Below are positions 30,681-32,000 of a DNA stretch of 32,000 bases, in pieces. Position 1 is the first letter of the stretch, and each line of letters opens with the position of its first letter. The position numbers and the translations under genes are program-made. Under the pieces are notes generated by a model that made no database searches, was not told the origin of the DNA, and was given only the letters and a program-made list of their open reading frames with translations. The stretch comes from Mycolicibacterium smegmatis. GTDB lineage: Bacteria; Actinomycetota; Actinomycetes; Mycobacteriales; Mycobacteriaceae. Location of the stretch: contig NZ_LN831039.1 of NCBI RefSeq assembly GCF_001457595.1, forward strand, positions 90,001 to 122,000. The letters are read 5' to 3'.

Positions 30681-32000
30681 TGCTTCCGCCTCAGGGCGCG
30701 CCGTGCCAGCGCGCCGACACCGAGAGCGAAGGCCAGGGTGGCCCCGGCGATCACGACGGCTGTGATCGGTCCGCGGTCCGGCGGCGGGATGTACACCGGC
30801 GGCGGAACTTCCTTGACCCGGAACGGAGCCTTCTCGGGCCCGTCGGGGATCTCCCAGGTGAGCGCGGCGACGGGGTCGATCACCCCGGCGCCGACGTAGT
30901 TGTCCACGCCGCCACCGGGATGGCGCGCCGTCGCGGTGATGCGGTTGATGACCTGCGCGGGGGTGAGGTCCGGGAAGCGCTGCTTGATGAGCGCGGCAAG
31001 ACCGGACACATACGCGGCCGAGAACGACGTGCCGTTCAGCGGCACCGGCCCGTCCTCGCCGGGAGTGGCATTGACGGGCTGGCCGTCGTAACCGAGTGAG
31101 GTGAGGTTCTCGCCGGGTGCGGCGGCCCCCACCCACGGGCCCGACATGGAGAAGTTGCTGGGCTGGCCGTTCTGGCCGATGCTGCCGACCGTGAGGACCA
31201 GCGGGTCGTACCAGGCCGGGCTCACGATGGTCTGCACTTCGCGCCAGCCGCGCGGATCGGACGGCACCGACGGGTCCGGCGGCGGGTTCTGCGAGCAGTC
31301 CTGGCCCGTGTTGCCCGCGGCGACCACGATGACGGCGCCCTTGACGTTCACGGCGTAGTTGATCGCGGCGCCGAGCGACGTCTCGTCGATGCGGCGGGTC
31401 ACCTTGTAGCAGGCGGCCTCACTGATGTTGATCACCTGTGCACCGAGGTTCGCGGCGTGCACGACGGAGCGGGCGAGGCTGCGGATCGAGCCTGCGGTCT
31501 GGGTGGTGTTCGGATCGTTGGGATCCTGACGGGCGCCCTTCGGTTGGAACGCGACCGAGGTCTGCCGCAAAGAAAGAAGTCGCACATCGGGCGCCATACC
31601 GACGAACCCGTCGGTGGGGGAGGGGCGACCGCCGATGATTGCCGCGGTCATGGTGCCGTGCGCGTCGCAGTCCGACATTCCGTTGCCTGCCGCGTCGACG
31701 AAGTCGCCGCCGGGTTCGGCCGGGACCCGGGGGGACCCGTTCACGCCGGTGTCGATCACCGCGACGGTCACGCCGGCGCCGGTGGCAAATTTCTGCGCCT
31801 CCTGGATGCGGAGGTAGTCGTTTGCCCACGGGCGGTCGGCGAAGTTCGAGTTGGGCATCACCGTCGGCGTCGCGCAGATCTTGCGCTGCTCGGTGGGCTG
31901 GTCGGGGCCGGTTTCGTCAGGTGGTACGGCTCCGGCGTCGATGATCGGGGGATCGATCGCCCACGCCGGGGGCGCACTGAACAAAGCCAGCAAAACTGCC
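30677..32000 (-). CDS. mycP1: Mycosin MycP1, subtilisin-like serine protease (5'-partial: the signal peptide begins beyond the window end)
   Basis: Subtilase triad contexts VAVIDTGV (Asp), DCDAHGTMTAAII (His) and NGTSFSAAYVSG (Ser). C-terminal TM anchor ITAVVIAGATLAFALGVGALARRALRRKQ. The frame is open to nt 32000 (..AVLLALFSAPPAWAIDPP..). It is very close to the M. smegmatis / M. tuberculosis MycP1 sequences as I recall them. Confidence 0.93.
   Translation of the reverse strand, partial: AVLLALFSAPPAWAIDPPIIDAGAVPPDETGPDQPTEQRKICATPTVMPNSNFADRPWANDYLRIQEAQKFATGAGVTVAVIDTGVNGSPRVPAEPGGDFVDAAGNGMSDCDAHGTMTAAIIGGRPSPTDGFVGMAPDVRLLSLRQTSVAFQPKGARQDPNDPNTTQTAGSIRSLARSVVHAANLGAQVINISEAACYKVTRRIDETSLGAAINYAVNVKGAVIVVAAGNTGQDCSQNPPPDPSVPSDPRGWREVQTIVSPAWYDPLVLTVGSIGQNGQPSNFSMSGPWVGAAAPGENLTSLGYDGQPVNATPGEDGPVPLNGTSFSAAYVSGLAALIKQRFPDLTPAQVINRITATARHPGGGVDNYVGAGVIDPVAALTWEIPDGPEKAPFRVKEVPPPVYIPPPDRGPITAVVIAGATLAFALGVGALARRALRRKQ

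Noticed and set aside
29205-30899. 564-aa plus-strand ORF antisense to eccE1. Similar ORFs are 7971-8900, 22947-23729, 10452-11096 and 25281-25889, antisense to the Pro/Gly-rich espK/espB regions.
   Set aside because: These are compositional artefacts: poly-Gly/Pro/Arg translations of the reverse strand of low-complexity coding DNA. The sense strands have clear homologs.
30681-31136. Upstream extension of the eccE1 ORF to 616 aa, overlapping mycP1.
   Set aside because: The extension is an Arg/Pro-rich frame inside mycP1. The EccE-like sequence with its two TM helices begins at ATG 30680, which overlaps the mycP1 stop (ATGA).
1-32000. Scan for CRISPR arrays, tRNA/rRNA genes and toxin-antitoxin-like small gene pairs.
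   Set aside because: I saw no regularly spaced short direct repeats, no cloverleaf-like or rRNA-like conserved stretches, and no compact two-gene small-ORF pairs outside the features listed. The only large repeats are the cassette copies and IS termini.

Overview
High-GC actinobacterial DNA that I read as the distal half of an ESX-1 type VII secretion locus of the Mycolicibacterium (Mycobacterium) smegmatis type. All identifications rest on reading the translations against remembered M. tuberculosis and M. smegmatis proteins; no database search was possible. Core genes frame the window: eccD1 (5'-partial, + strand, 3-1175) on the left, and espL-eccE1-mycP1 (- strand, 28943-32000, mycP1 running off the edge) on the right. 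The ~28 kb between them is a very plastic accessory region. (i) It holds five paralogs (three intact, two IS-disrupted) of an uncharacterised Pro-rich, single-TM surface protein with two Cys-bracketed modules ('family A'). (ii) It holds two direct copies of a ~6.7-kb cassette, at about 5105-11785 and 19905-26579. Each cassette carries espJ-like, family A, espK-like (split into two ORFs), espB-like and a small 3-TM protein. The copies are strongly diverged at their 5' ends but share a 2,042-bp block with only 3 mismatches seen by eye (8476-10517 = 23305-25346). (iii) An inverted partial third copy lies at 14043-15103. (iv) There are five insertion sequences from four families: two ISL3 elements (one IS1096-like with a TnpR passenger), one IS1380-like element, and a dead IS3-family element carrying a nested IS256/IS6120-like element. 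(v) A minus-strand module of espD/H-like, membrane protein, espA/E-like and espC/F-like genes converges on the second cassette. I saw no rRNA, tRNA or CRISPR array. The most interesting signals are the multiplied hypervariable family-A genes, a candidate identity or recognition determinant. Next come the mosaic divergence and homogenisation pattern of the duplicated substrate cassettes, and the identically split espK in both copies.
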